A stretch of DNA of 64,000 nt from Candidatus Magasanikbacteria bacterium CG10_big_fil_rev_8_21_14_0_10_47_10 (GCA_002773135.1 PFCB01000028.1:4203-68202), one strand, 5' to 3'. Shown: positions 10,973-21,001, counted from the stretch's first letter. A program made the numbers and translations. Notes: a model not told the origin generated them from the sequence alone.

Positions 10973-13699
10973 ATGAAGATAGCCATCATCCAATTTCCCG
11001 GCTCCAACTGCGAGCAAGAATCCAGCCAGGCCATAAAAATGGCAGGCATGGAGCCGGTTGAATTCATGTGGAATCATGACCCAAACAGCCTGAGCGAGTT
11101 TGACGGCTATTTTATTGTTGGCGGTTTTTCGTATGAGGACAGATCCCGTGCCGGCATTATCGCGGCAATGGATCCGCTTATGCCATATATTGCAGCAGAG
11201 GCGCTGAAAGGAAAACCGGTGCTTGGCATTTGCAATGGCGCCCAAATTTTGGTGGAAACGGGCCTGGTACCCGGGCTGCGGGGCAATGCCGTGGGTATGG
11301 CGATTGCCACGAACAAACGTGTGAAGCACAGCACGGTACTTGGCACCGGATTTTATAATGCCTGGGTAAACATAGCGGTATCGTGCGATCCGCACAGTTC
11401 GGCTTTTACCCGACATATGCGGCATGGCACGCCAATTCGCGTACCAGTGGCGCACGCGGAAGGCCGATTTATCATTGCCGATGAGCTGGTAACGCAAATG
11501 AAACGATACAACCAGCTCACATTTCGATACACAGACCAAAATGGCAAATGGGCTATTGAATTCCCTGACAATCCAAACGGATCGACGCAGGGCATTGCCG
11601 CGGTCAGCAACCCCGCCGGTAATGTCATGGCCATGATGCCCCATCCGGAACGGACAGACGTTGGCCAGCCCATTTTTACTTCCATGCGTGACTTTATCGC
11701 GGATGAGCGGCGCATTCAGATACGCACTCTTGACTACCGTGTACCAAAAGTCGCAGTACAAAAATATGAGCCTTCGGGCACGGGTATTGTGACGGAATTG
11801 ATCATTACGGACAATGAAGCCGTGACGGTTGAACAAACATTGCGCGCGAAAAAAATTGACGTGTCTGTATCTCGATATTCTCATTGGGCCGCGACCGGCG
11901 AAAACATATCAGCAGAGACACTATCCAAAACCGGCGAATTGTTTAACTCAAACAAAGAGCGGGTGGTAGATAATCTGCCGGCTGAAAAAAACACGCTGTA
12001 CTTGATGGTACGTGATAAAGAGGATTTTGTCGGTCAATCAAAAAAACAGACACTAAAAACGCGCTTTAGTATGAGCGGTCTGCGTGACCTTCTATACAGC
12101 CGCGTCTGGAAGATATCGGCGCAGAGTGGCAATCTTCATGAAGCGATTGAGGCGATAATGGAAACAAATATCCTATTCAACCCGCACGCGCAAGACTGCT
12201 ATATGTTTGCGCCAACTGCGGCCTCACCCGCTAAACCACAGCCTATGCAACAGGAAAAACAGCAAAACATGCCGTCATACGTGAACACAATTACGGAGCA
12301 ACGTAATAACTGTTTGACACGAACCGACGCACCGCTGGGAACGCGATTAGAAGGCAAGGTTCGCGATCGCTATGTTCAGGATGACAAAATTATTCTCATA
12401 ACCACAGACCGCCAAAGCGCCTTTGACCGCGTCCTTGCATCCATCCCTTTTAAGGGACAGGTTCTGAATCTGACCAGTGCCTGGTGGTTTGAGAAAACAA
12501 AACATATTATTCCCAATCATGTTATTGAAATCCCGGATCCAAACGTCACCGTGGGAAAAAAGGTAGATGTTTTTCCGGTTGAATTTGTCGTGCGGGGATA
12601 TATTACCGGTACGACGGATACATCTGCATGGGTTAACTACAATAAAGGCGTGCGAGATTTTTGTGGTAATCAGCTGCCGGAAGGGCTGAAAAAAAATCAA
12701 AAGTTTGACTTCCCTATTATTACGCCAACGACAAAAGCCGATGAGCACGACCGCCTTATTTCACCAAAGGATATTATTGACGAAGGCCTGATGACTCAGC
12801 AGGAATGGGATTTTTGCAGCCGTAAGGCGTTGGAGCTGTTTAGCTTTGGCCAGGCAATCGCGCGCGAGCGTGGATTGATTTTAGTGGATACTAAATACGA
12901 AATGGGCCGCGACAAGGATGGCAATATCATTCTTGTTGACGAAATTCACACACCGGACTCCAGCCGCTACTGGATCGCAGCGTCATATGAGGGACGCATG
13001 GCAAACGGCAAAGAGCCGGAAAATATTGATAAAGAATTCCTGCGACTCTGGTTTAAAGATAATTGTGATCCCTATAATGACAAGGAGCTGCCTCCTGCTC
13101 CTCCGGAGCTGGTTGCGGAGCTGTCACGCCGGTACATTATGCTCTATGAAATGATCACTGGTGAAACATTTGTCTTTCCCGAAGATGGACTGCGCGTGGA
13201 AGATAGACTGACAGAGAACCTTGCGACGTACGTCATTGAAAACAAAACACATGACACAGATACCAAAACACATATTGTTGCTGGGGAGGTAGAATTGTCG
13301 CGCGAGATGAAAGTTGTGTTAGTGCTGGGGTCAGAGAAAGACGCGGATTTTGCAAAGAGAATCACTGAGCTGCTTGCGCAGGACGGCATTGCCTTTGACC
13401 AGCACGTGGCCAGCGCGCACAAGGAAGCGGCCAAAGGCCTGGACTTGATTGAACGCTACAAGGACAAACGCGTGATCTATGTCACTATTGCCGGGAGGTC
13501 TAACGCGCTGTCCGGCTTTATGGCCGGCAATTCAGACAAGCCTGTTATCGCCTGTCCCCCATTTACTGACAAAATGGATATGCTGGTCAACATTCACTCT
13601 ACCCTGCAAATGCCAAGCAAAGTACCGGTTATGACTATTTTGGAACCTGGCAATGTTGTGCTGGCGATTAAGAGAATTATGTCACTCATTTCATCTTGA
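10973..13699 (+). CDS. Multifunctional fusion: PurQ glutaminase - tandem PurS-like - PurC SAICAR synthetase - class II PurE AIR carboxylase
   Basis: PurQ: FPGSNCE, GGFSYED, GICNGAQ, PHPER. Two PurS-like units ending ELFNSNKE and ILFNPHAQ. PurC: GKVRD, TDRQSAFD, DTKYEMG, DEIHTPDSSRYW, DKEFLR. PurE: GSEKD, SAHK, AGRSNAL, PVIACPP. Confidence 0.92.
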   Translation: MKIAIIQFPGSNCEQESSQAIKMAGMEPVEFMWNHDPNSLSEFDGYFIVGGFSYEDRSRAGIIAAMDPLMPYIAAEALKGKPVLGICNGAQILVETGLVPGLRGNAVGMAIATNKRVKHSTVLGTGFYNAWVNIAVSCDPHSSAFTRHMRHGTPIRVPVAHAEGRFIIADELVTQMKRYNQLTFRYTDQNGKWAIEFPDNPNGSTQGIAAVSNPAGNVMAMMPHPERTDVGQPIFTSMRDFIADERRIQIRTLDYRVPKVAVQKYEPSGTGIVTELIITDNEAVTVEQTLRAKKIDVSVSRYSHWAATGENISAETLSKTGELFNSNKERVVDNLPAEKNTLYLMVRDKEDFVGQSKKQTLKTRFSMSGLRDLLYSRVWKISAQSGNLHEAIEAIMETNILFNPHAQDCYMFAPTAASPAKPQPMQQEKQQNMPSYVNTITEQRNNCLTRTDAPLGTRLEGKVRDRYVQDDKIILITTDRQSAFDRVLASIPFKGQVLNLTSAWWFEKTKHIIPNHVIEIPDPNVTVGKKVDVFPVEFVVRGYITGTTDTSAWVNYNKGVRDFCGNQLPEGLKKNQKFDFPIITPTTKADEHDRLISPKDIIDEGLMTQQEWDFCSRKALELFSFGQAIARERGLILVDTKYEMGRDKDGNIILVDEIHTPDSSRYWIAASYEGRMANGKEPENIDKEFLRLWFKDNCDPYNDKELPPAPPELVAELSRRYIMLYEMITGETFVFPEDGLRVEDRLTENLATYVIENKTHDTDTKTHIVAGEVELSREMKVVLVLGSEKDADFAKRITELLAQDGIAFDQHVASAHKEAAKGLDLIERYKDKRVIYVTIAGRSNALSGFMAGNSDKPVIACPPFTDKMDMLVNIHSTLQMPSKVPVMTILEPGNVVLAIKRIMSLISS

Positions 13700-13710
13700 G
13701 CCTATCCCTT

Positions 13711-13803
13711 GTGTCATCCTGAACTTGTTTGCCGTGTCATCCTGAACTTGTTTCAGGATCTCGGTACAATACGTAGTAAATGCTGAAATAAATTCAGCAT
13801 GAC
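13711..13803. repeat. GTCAT-tagged REP-like palindromic doublet with duplicated left arm
   Basis: GTGTCATCCTGAACTTGTTT repeated at 13711 and 13734; the second copy continues CAGGATCT. Inverted partner GCTGAAATAAATTCAGCATGAC ends at 13803. Confidence 0.85.
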
Positions 13804-13881
13804 AACAATATGGCATAACAACACTACACAATGACATCACGATAGAGTGACAAGGAGACTTCCCTGACGAACGTTAAAAAT

Positions 13882-15243
13882 ATGAATCCCCTTTCATCCA
13901 TTTCACCAATTGACGGACGATACAGAGGCGAGGTACAAGAGCTCGCGGCGTTTTTTAGTGAAATGGCCCTGATGAAATATCGGCTCATGATTGAGGTCGA
14001 GTATTTGATTGCCCTGTCGCATGAGCGCGGTGTGCCGGAGGTAGCGCTATTCAATCCGGAACAAACTGCCTGCTTGCGAGCGGCGTATCAGCAGTTTATG
14101 CTCAATGACGCGGAAAGAGTAAAAAAAATAGAGGCCGTAACCAATCATGATGTTAAAGCCATCGAATATTTTTTGCAAATGAAGGTGAAAGGAACCGATC
14201 TGGAGAAATGCACCTCGTTCATTCACTTTGCGCTTACGAGCGAGGATGTAAACAATCTGGCCTATTCGCTGATGGTACGGGATGCACTGCATACTGTGTA
14301 TTTACCAAGCCTGCGCGCGGTCATCCGATCAATCGAAGAAAAAGCGCTGGCCTACCGTGAGCTCCCCATGCTTGCGCTCACGCACGGTCAAAGCGCCACG
14401 CCAACCACGCTAGGCAAAGAATTTTCTGTGTTTGTCTCTCGACTGTCTCGGCAACTGGAGCCGCTTTCTGCGCATCAGCTGCAGGGCAAGTTTGGTGGAG
14501 CAACCGGTACCTGGGCCGCGCATGTGGTTTCCTATCCAAATGTTGATTGGATTGGGTTTAGTAAAAAATTTATATCGAATCTAGGCCTCTCCCCGAACCT
14601 GATCACCATCCAGATAGAGGATCATGATTCATTGGCAGAGGTGTGTCACACCATGAGTCGTATCAATACCATTTTGATCGACTTTTGTCGTGATATGTGG
14701 AGCTATATCAGCCGCGGGATTATTGCGCAAAAGCCCAAAGAGGGCGAAGTCGGCTCTAGCACCATGCCGCACAAAATCAATCCGATTCAATTTGAAAATG
14801 CAGAAGGTAATTTGGGTATTGCCAATGCGTACTTTTCGCATCTGGCGGCAAAGCTCCCGATTTCCCGCATGCAGCGCGATCTTACAGACAGTACTGTTCT
14901 ACGCAACCAAGGTGTCCCACTGGCACATTCTCTTTTGGCATGTAAAAATATATGCAAAGGGCTTGAACGCGTTGCACCAAATGATATCAAGCTGCGCGAA
15001 GAACTAGATACGCATCCGGAAGTCCTTGCAGAAGCGGTTCAAACAGTATTGCGTAAGCATGGCCAGGGTGATGCCTACGAACAACTCAAGGCAGCAACGC
15101 GGGGAAAGGATATGACGCTTGAGGACCTGCGCGAGTTCATATCACATCTAGATATTTCACAGAGTGATAAAAAAAGACTCATGGAATTGAAACCAACTGA
15201 ATATATTGGTTTGGCCGAAGAAATAACAAAAAAGAATGTCTAG
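13882..15243 (+). CDS. purB: Adenylosuccinate lyase
   Basis: SPIDGRY, TNHDVKAIEY, TSEDVNN, THGQ.ATPTT.GKE, GSSTMPHKINPIQFEN, SRMQRDLTDSTV. Confidence 0.97.
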   Translation: MNPLSSISPIDGRYRGEVQELAAFFSEMALMKYRLMIEVEYLIALSHERGVPEVALFNPEQTACLRAAYQQFMLNDAERVKKIEAVTNHDVKAIEYFLQMKVKGTDLEKCTSFIHFALTSEDVNNLAYSLMVRDALHTVYLPSLRAVIRSIEEKALAYRELPMLALTHGQSATPTTLGKEFSVFVSRLSRQLEPLSAHQLQGKFGGATGTWAAHVVSYPNVDWIGFSKKFISNLGLSPNLITIQIEDHDSLAEVCHTMSRINTILIDFCRDMWSYISRGIIAQKPKEGEVGSSTMPHKINPIQFENAEGNLGIANAYFSHLAAKLPISRMQRDLTDSTVLRNQGVPLAHSLLACKNICKGLERVAPNDIKLREELDTHPEVLAEAVQTVLRKHGQGDAYEQLKAATRGKDMTLEDLREFISHLDISQSDKKRLMELKPTEYIGLAEEITKKNV

Positions 15244-15343
15244 TGGCGTTTACTTGCATTGCTGGATGACTGGCGTGCTCACAATGCGCCGTGCATATAA
15301 CGCTGAACACCTCTGGTAAACCATACGAACTAAGAACTAATAT

Positions 15344-16816
15344 ATGTGCGGCATTATCGGTATCTACTCTCACAAACCCGTTGCGACTGAAATTTATGAC
15401 GGCATGATCCATTTGCAACACCGCGGCACTGACGCGGCCGGTATTTTGACATGCGAAAACGGCCGGTTTCATGTAAAAAAAGGCTCTGGCCTGGTTCGTG
15501 ATATATTTCACCCGGGCAACATGACACGCTTGCAAGGTAACTGGGGGCTTGGACACAATCGGTACTCAACAACAGGAGACTCTTCTGACATAGAAAACGC
15601 ACAACCACGCTATGCCAACTCGCCCTATGGTATTGCCATGGTGCACAACGGGAATCTCACCAATTATTATGATCTTAAAAAAGAGCTTGCCGAGGTGGAC
15701 CGATACAACAGCAACACTGATTCTGACATAGAAACATTGGTGAGTATTTTTGCCTCCAGACTAAATTCCCTTCCACGCCATACACCAATTTTTGAAGCCA
15801 TATGTGCAGCAGTCGAGTCTGTTTTTGATAGAGCAAAAGGTGGATATTCAGTTATTGGAATCATTGCTGGGCAAGGAATGTTTGCGTTTCGTGACCCGCA
15901 CGGCATTCGCCCTCTTGTGTATGGCGCGCGGCACAATGAAGATGGCACACATGACTATATTTTTTCATCAGAAAACACCATGTACTACCCGCTCGGCTTT
16001 CGTTTGCGCGACGATATTGGCCCGGGTGAAGTCATGCTTATCGACACCCAGGGCAACCGCTTTCGCAGAACCCTACGCCGCGACACCTTTACACCCTGCA
16101 TTTTTGAGTACGTCTATCTTGCTCGACCGGATGCTGTCATGAATAACATTTCCGTATATCGCGCGCGTTTGCGAATGGGACAGAATCTGGCTCGCAAGTG
16201 GAAACGTGAGCATCCGGATATTCTTCCTGATGTGGTTGTACCGGTTCCTTTTTCATCTAATACAGCAGCCCTGTCTATGGCACACGAGCTCGGTGTTCGG
16301 TACACTGAGGGGCTTTATAAAAATGCGTATGTGGGGCGGACGTTTATTATGCCGGGACAAGAGAAACGCCGAAAATCTGTATTGCAAAAGCTTTCACCAC
16401 AAGAAACCGAGCTTCGGGGCAAGGTTGTGATGCTTCTTGATGACTCTATTGTTCGCGGAACTACCAGTAAGGAAGTTGTCCGCCTTGTTCGCGATGCTGG
16501 TGCAGAAAAAGTATACTTTGTTTCTGCCTGTCCAGAAGTAAAATACCCAGACTTTTATGGTATTGATATACCAACACAGTCTGAGCTTATAGCATCAAAA
16601 CTGTCAGTAGAAGAAATTGAAAAATTTATTGAAGCTGATATTCTGATGTATCAAGATATTGATGATTTGGTGGAAGCAATTTTACGGCGACGTGATCATG
16701 GAATAGATCGACTCTCTATGCCATGCCTGGATGGATGGTATGTGACCGGTGATATTGATGTGGAAAAAATGGAAGAGATAGAAAGGCAGCGAACGGTGGA
16801 GCGAGCATCGGCGTAA
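15344..16816 (+). CDS. purF: Amidophosphoribosyltransferase
   Basis: N-terminal MCGIIG, QHRG, HNGNLTN, RDPHGIRPL, CIFEYVY.ARPD, LDDSIVRGTTS, YGIDIP. Confidence 0.97.
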   Translation: MCGIIGIYSHKPVATEIYDGMIHLQHRGTDAAGILTCENGRFHVKKGSGLVRDIFHPGNMTRLQGNWGLGHNRYSTTGDSSDIENAQPRYANSPYGIAMVHNGNLTNYYDLKKELAEVDRYNSNTDSDIETLVSIFASRLNSLPRHTPIFEAICAAVESVFDRAKGGYSVIGIIAGQGMFAFRDPHGIRPLVYGARHNEDGTHDYIFSSENTMYYPLGFRLRDDIGPGEVMLIDTQGNRFRRTLRRDTFTPCIFEYVYLARPDAVMNNISVYRARLRMGQNLARKWKREHPDILPDVVVPVPFSSNTAALSMAHELGVRYTEGLYKNAYVGRTFIMPGQEKRRKSVLQKLSPQETELRGKVVMLLDDSIVRGTTSKEVVRLVRDAGAEKVYFVSACPEVKYPDFYGIDIPTQSELIASKLSVEEIEKFIEADILMYQDIDDLVEAILRRRDHGIDRLSMPCLDGWYVTGDIDVEKMEEIERQRTVERASA

Positions 16817-16918
16817 TTATTATTTTTATTACTTATAGTAACAAATGATTTATTGTAATGAGCGCTGATGCGTGGGAAGCACACTGCACCAACGCCCCAA
16901 GCAAACCGCCGCAGAATG

Positions 16919-16953
16919 TCCTCTCCCCTTTTAGGGGAGAGACAGAGAGAGGT
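16919..16953 (+). repeat. CCTCTCCC...GGGAGAG palindromic element, left flank of the DUF559 gene
   Basis: TC-CTCTCCCCT-TTT-AGGGGAGAG-ACAGAGAGAGGT. Confidence 0.75.
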
Positions 16954-16974
16954 ACAATCAAGAAAGGAGGGAAT

Positions 16975-17406
16975 ATGCAACAACAGCACAACCGTGCTCG
17001 AAGCGACGAACTGAAAGCCCGACGCAGACAGTTGCGCCAAAAGCAAACGAAGGCTGAAAAAGTATTTTGGCAAGAAGTGCGCGCCTGCCGTACTGGGTAC
17101 CACGTCCGCAGGCAGCACAATATCAGCGCTTTTATCGTTGATTTTTACTGCCATGAGGTAGCTTTGATCATAGAACTCGACGGACCGATTCACCGATATA
17201 CAAAAGACTACGACCGTTGGCGGCAAGCAAAGCTTGAAAGCTGGGGCTATTATGTCATACGATATAACAACAACGAGGTTCTCTTTGACCGAGAGCGCGT
17301 ATTGAATGAGGTTCTTCTCTTCTGTGAAGTGTTGCGTATTTCGATGGCAGTGGCTTCTAGAACCTCTCCCTGTCCCTCTCCTTGCCCTTCGCTGCGCTCG
17401 GGGTGA
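16975..17406 (+). CDS. DUF559 / Vsr-like endonuclease domain protein
   Basis: RQLR..QT.AE..FW, RRQH, FIVDFYC, IIELDGPIH, D..R...LESWGY.VIRY.N.EV. AGGAGG SD before ATG 16975. Confidence 0.88.
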   Translation: MQQQHNRARSDELKARRRQLRQKQTKAEKVFWQEVRACRTGYHVRRQHNISAFIVDFYCHEVALIIELDGPIHRYTKDYDRWRQAKLESWGYYVIRYNNNEVLFDRERVLNEVLLFCEVLRISMAVASRTSPCPSPCPSLRSG

Positions 17407-17418
17407 AGGAGAGGGAAC
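17361..17418 (-). repeat. Inverted copy of the same palindromic element, right flank of the DUF559 gene, with an enlarged loop
   Basis: Reverse complement GTTCCCTCTCCTT-[CACCCCGAGCGCAGCGAAGGGC]-AAGGAGAGGG-ACAGGGAGAGGTT. Confidence 0.75.
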
Positions 17419-17467
17419 GTTCTAAGACGCCTCTTCTCAACCGAATACAAGATAATTTGACCAACGT

Positions 17468-19357
17468 ATGAACATCCTCCTCATCGGATCTGGCGCAAGA
17501 GAACATGCAATCGCCAGAGCTATAAAAAAATCAAAAATACACACAAGCCTGTTTTGTTTTGGAAGCTCAAGCAATCCAGGTATTTTTGCGCTTTCAACTG
17601 GCTACGCCACCGGCACGCTGACGGCAGTGAACGATATCCTCGCATACGCACAGCTCAACCGCATTGACTGGGCAATTATTGGGCCAGAGGCACCGCTTGC
17701 CGCCGGTGTGGTGGACGCGCTGGAAGATGCCGGTATCCCCTGCGTGGGGCCACGCAAGCAGCTGGCACAGCTGGAAAGCAGCAAATCGTTTACCCGAGAG
17801 CTGATGACAAAATACAACATCCCCGGCTGTCCCAAATATACATACTTCTCTTCGCTAGAAGGCGTAGCCACATTCCTCTCTGAGCTAGGTGACGCGTACG
17901 TGATTAAGGCAGACGGCCTGATGGGTGGTAAAGGTGTAAAGGTAGCTGGTGATCACCTGACAAGCCGATACCAGGCATATGATTGGTGCAAAGAACTGCT
18001 GCATGATGGCAAGACATTTTTGATAGAAGAAAAACTGGTTGGCCAGGAATTCTCCTTTATCAGCTTGAGCGACGGAAACAACCTGGCGCACACAATATGT
18101 ATTCAAGATCACAAGCGAGCATATGAGGGCGACACCGGCCCAAATACCGGAGGCATGGGAACATACTCAGATGCCAACCACTCCCTTCCTTTTTTGGAAT
18201 CATCTAACATTGCTGCTGCCAAGCATATAAACGCACTGACAGCCGAGGCACTTCGGCAAGAATTTGGCATGGGCTACCGCGGTGTCTTGTATGGCGGATT
18301 TATGGCCACGGCTGACGGAGTTAAATTAATTGAATATAATGCACGATTTGGCGATCCGGAAGCCATGAATATTTTTGCTCTTTTGGAATCTGACTTTGTT
18401 GAGGCGTGCATGGCAACAATAGAGGGCAGACTGACACAAAATCATATGCAATTCAGTCACAAAGCAAGTGTCTGCAAATATGCAGTACCAAACGGCTATC
18501 CGGATGCCCCTGTTGCGAATCAGTTGATTAACGTTGAAGCAGTAATGAATCCTGATGCCCTTTACTTTTCCGCAGTAGACCAAAAAGCGGACGGATTGTA
18601 TGAAACAGGATCGCGAACTATTGCAGTGGTAGGCATAGCTGATACAATATTATTAGCTGAAAATAGTGCTGAAGAGGAAGTACGTAGAATTCATGGTCCC
18701 CTATTTCATAGAGCAGATATAGGAACCAAATCACTGGTTGATAAACGCGTACAAATGATGCAAGATCTGCGTGGTACGGCTTCTGTTTCTCAAAAGATAC
18801 GAATTGCAGTACTCGGCTCTACTCGAGGCACCAGTCTGCAGCCTGTTATTGATGCAATTGAGCGAGGTGGGCTTCATGGCACGATTGAAGTGGTGATCAG
18901 CAATAACCCAAATGCGTACATTTTACAGCGCGCTGCGCATCACAGTATTCCAAGCATGTACATTGATGGAGCCGGCATGACTCGTGACGAATACGATCAA
19001 AAAATCATTACCGAGCTGTCCAATTATCAAATTGATATTATTTTGCTCATTGGCTATATGCGCATTCTCTCCCCCTCCTTTGTGAAAGCGTATTCGGGAA
19101 AAATTTTAAATGTCCACCCATCTCTGCTGCCAAAGTTTGCCGGGGGCATGGACCTGAACGTACACAAAGCCGTGATTGATGCGGGTGAAACAGAAACAGG
19201 CTGCACGATTCATATGGTTGATGAGGGTGTAGATACAGGCAAAATAGTGCGGCAAAAAAAATGCGGCGTTTCGCCACTCGATACGGCAGAAAGTTTGAAA
19301 GCAAAGGTCCAGGCATTGGAAGGAGAAGCATTTATAGAGGTGATAAAATACATATGA
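17468..19357 (+). CDS. purD: Fused GAR synthetase (PurD) - GAR transformylase (PurN)
   Basis: PurD: GSGAREHA, GPEAPL, LESSKSF, KADGL.GGKGV, QDHKRA, GPNTGGMG, EYNARFGDPE. PurN: GSTRGTSL, LIGYMRIL, NVHPSLLP, GCTIH.V.EGVDTG. Confidence 0.95.
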   Translation: MNILLIGSGAREHAIARAIKKSKIHTSLFCFGSSSNPGIFALSTGYATGTLTAVNDILAYAQLNRIDWAIIGPEAPLAAGVVDALEDAGIPCVGPRKQLAQLESSKSFTRELMTKYNIPGCPKYTYFSSLEGVATFLSELGDAYVIKADGLMGGKGVKVAGDHLTSRYQAYDWCKELLHDGKTFLIEEKLVGQEFSFISLSDGNNLAHTICIQDHKRAYEGDTGPNTGGMGTYSDANHSLPFLESSNIAAAKHINALTAEALRQEFGMGYRGVLYGGFMATADGVKLIEYNARFGDPEAMNIFALLESDFVEACMATIEGRLTQNHMQFSHKASVCKYAVPNGYPDAPVANQLINVEAVMNPDALYFSAVDQKADGLYETGSRTIAVVGIADTILLAENSAEEEVRRIHGPLFHRADIGTKSLVDKRVQMMQDLRGTASVSQKIRIAVLGSTRGTSLQPVIDAIERGGLHGTIEVVISNNPNAYILQRAAHHSIPSMYIDGAGMTRDEYDQKIITELSNYQIDIILLIGYMRILSPSFVKAYSGKILNVHPSLLPKFAGGMDLNVHKAVIDAGETETGCTIHMVDEGVDTGKIVRQKKCGVSPLDTAESLKAKVQALEGEAFIEVIKYI

Positions 19358-20943
19358 ACACAAATTCTACTCACGTCCGTCGCGCATTAATTTCAGTATC
19401 TGACAAAACCGATATTGTTGATCTTGCCCATGAATTACACCACCTTGGTGTTGAGCTATTATCTACCGGCGGCACCGCCTCAACCATTCGAGATGCAAAG
19501 ATACCGGTCACAGATGTTTCAGAGGTAACACAATTCCCTGAGATGATGCACGGACGGGTAAAAACACTTCACCCCCTTATTCACGGGGGCATTCTGGGAC
19601 TCCGCGACGAACATGCGCGCGAAGCTGCAGCAAATAATGTTGAGTGGATTGATTTGGTTGTTTGCAATCTCTATCCGTTTGCAGAAACAATCAAAAAAAC
19701 AGACGTTACCATGGATGATGTATTTGAGAATATCGATATTGGTGGCCCAAGTATGATACGCAGCGCTGCAAAAAATGTTGGGTGGACCACAGTACTGGTG
19801 GATCCTGCTGACTATGCACGCGTGCTAGATGAATTACGCGAACGAGGAAGTATTTCATTTGATGTTCGCAAAGATTTGAGCGCGAAGGCGTTTCGCCACA
19901 CAGCACACTACGACGCCATTGTCGCCGAGCACATGAACGAACGACTGAATATTCCTTTTCCAGAAGATCTTACATTTACAGCACACAAGGCATATGATTT
20001 GCGGTATGGTGAAAATCCGCATCAAGAAGCTGCTGTATATGTTGATCCGCACTTCAAAGAAACCTCGATATTAAAAGCTACTATTCACCAGGGCAAGCAG
20101 CTTTCATACAACAATATTGGTGATGCAGATGGCGCATTATCTATGGTGAAAGAATTTTCAGAACCTGCGTGTATTGTAGTCAAACACGCCAATCCGTGTG
20201 GCGCGGCAGTTGGGACGGACATCAGTGACGTCTTTCAGCGAGCCTATGCCGTTGACCCCATGTCGGCCTTTGGTGGTATTATTGCCATTAACCGCCCGTG
20301 TACTGTGGACATTGCCAATGAAATCATTAAAGTCTATGCCGAAATTGTAATAGCGCCCTGCTTTGAACCGGAGGCGCTTGGGGTTTTGGCCAAAAAAAAC
20401 AATATGCGTGTGCTGGAAGTGGGGGCTATTGTCCCCCGCAGGCCAAAGCATGAGCTAAAGTACGTGGAAGGCGGCATTCTGGTGCAAGATGTGGATACCA
20501 AACGCATTGAAAAAGATGATTTGCAGTTTGTGACGCAGGCAGAGCCCACACAAGCGCAGCTTTCTGACATGCTCTTTGCCTGGAAAGTATTGAAGCATGT
20601 GAAATCAAATGGCATTTTGCTAGCAAAGGACAGTACGACTGTTGGCCTGGGGGCAGGCCAAGTGTCACGCGTGGATGCGGTGGAATTGGCAATTAAAAAA
20701 TCTCGTTTCCATTTCCCTTCAGTCAATTCCGCCGGGCAAGCCTCAGAGCCTCAACTCACTGGTTGTATTTTGGCCTCAGATGCGTTCTTCCCATTTAGAG
20801 ACTCCATTGATCGTGCTGCAGAAGTTGGCATCAAAGCGATAATCCAGCCGGGTGGCTCCATGCGCGATGACGAGGTTATCAAAGCATGTGACGAGCATGG
20901 CATTGCCATGGTCTTTACCGGGGCAAGGTGTTTTAAACATTAA
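19354..20943 (+). CDS. purH: Bifunctional AICAR transformylase / IMP cyclohydrolase
   Basis: [73 protein letters not shown] overlap with purD-purN. Confidence 0.97.
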   Translation: MNTNSTHVRRALISVSDKTDIVDLAHELHHLGVELLSTGGTASTIRDAKIPVTDVSEVTQFPEMMHGRVKTLHPLIHGGILGLRDEHAREAAANNVEWIDLVVCNLYPFAETIKKTDVTMDDVFENIDIGGPSMIRSAAKNVGWTTVLVDPADYARVLDELRERGSISFDVRKDLSAKAFRHTAHYDAIVAEHMNERLNIPFPEDLTFTAHKAYDLRYGENPHQEAAVYVDPHFKETSILKATIHQGKQLSYNNIGDADGALSMVKEFSEPACIVVKHANPCGAAVGTDISDVFQRAYAVDPMSAFGGIIAINRPCTVDIANEIIKVYAEIVIAPCFEPEALGVLAKKNNMRVLEVGAIVPRRPKHELKYVEGGILVQDVDTKRIEKDDLQFVTQAEPTQAQLSDMLFAWKVLKHVKSNGILLAKDSTTVGLGAGQVSRVDAVELAIKKSRFHFPSVNSAGQASEPQLTGCILASDAFFPFRDSIDRAAEVGIKAIIQPGGSMRDDEVIKACDEHGIAMVFTGARCFKH

Positions 20944-20949
20944 ATGAAG

Positions 20950-20982
20950 AAGCCCGCCCGCGAATGTATCGCGAACGGGCTT
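20950..20982 (-). terminator. Intrinsic terminator hairpin between purH and the convergent orphan
   Basis: Minus strand AAGCCCGTTCGCGA-TACAT-TCGCGGGCGGGCTT followed by CTTCATTT. Confidence 0.6.
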
Positions 20983-21001
20983 GTACCTATACCGGCTCGT
21001 G

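Noticed and set aside
10601-11884. 427 aa minus-strand ORF
   Set aside because: Antisense to purM and purQ with no recognisable motifs.
13711-13753. 20-bp direct repeat as a CRISPR remnant
   Set aside because: Only two copies 3 nt apart, no spacers and no cas genes. It is part of a REP-like element.
15262-15320. Possible ZMP/ZTP riboswitch upstream of purF (TGACTGGCG)
   Set aside because: Only the short 5' motif matches. The GTGGG...GGGGAGC and 3' GCCTGGGC elements are absent. An Rfam cmscan would settle it.
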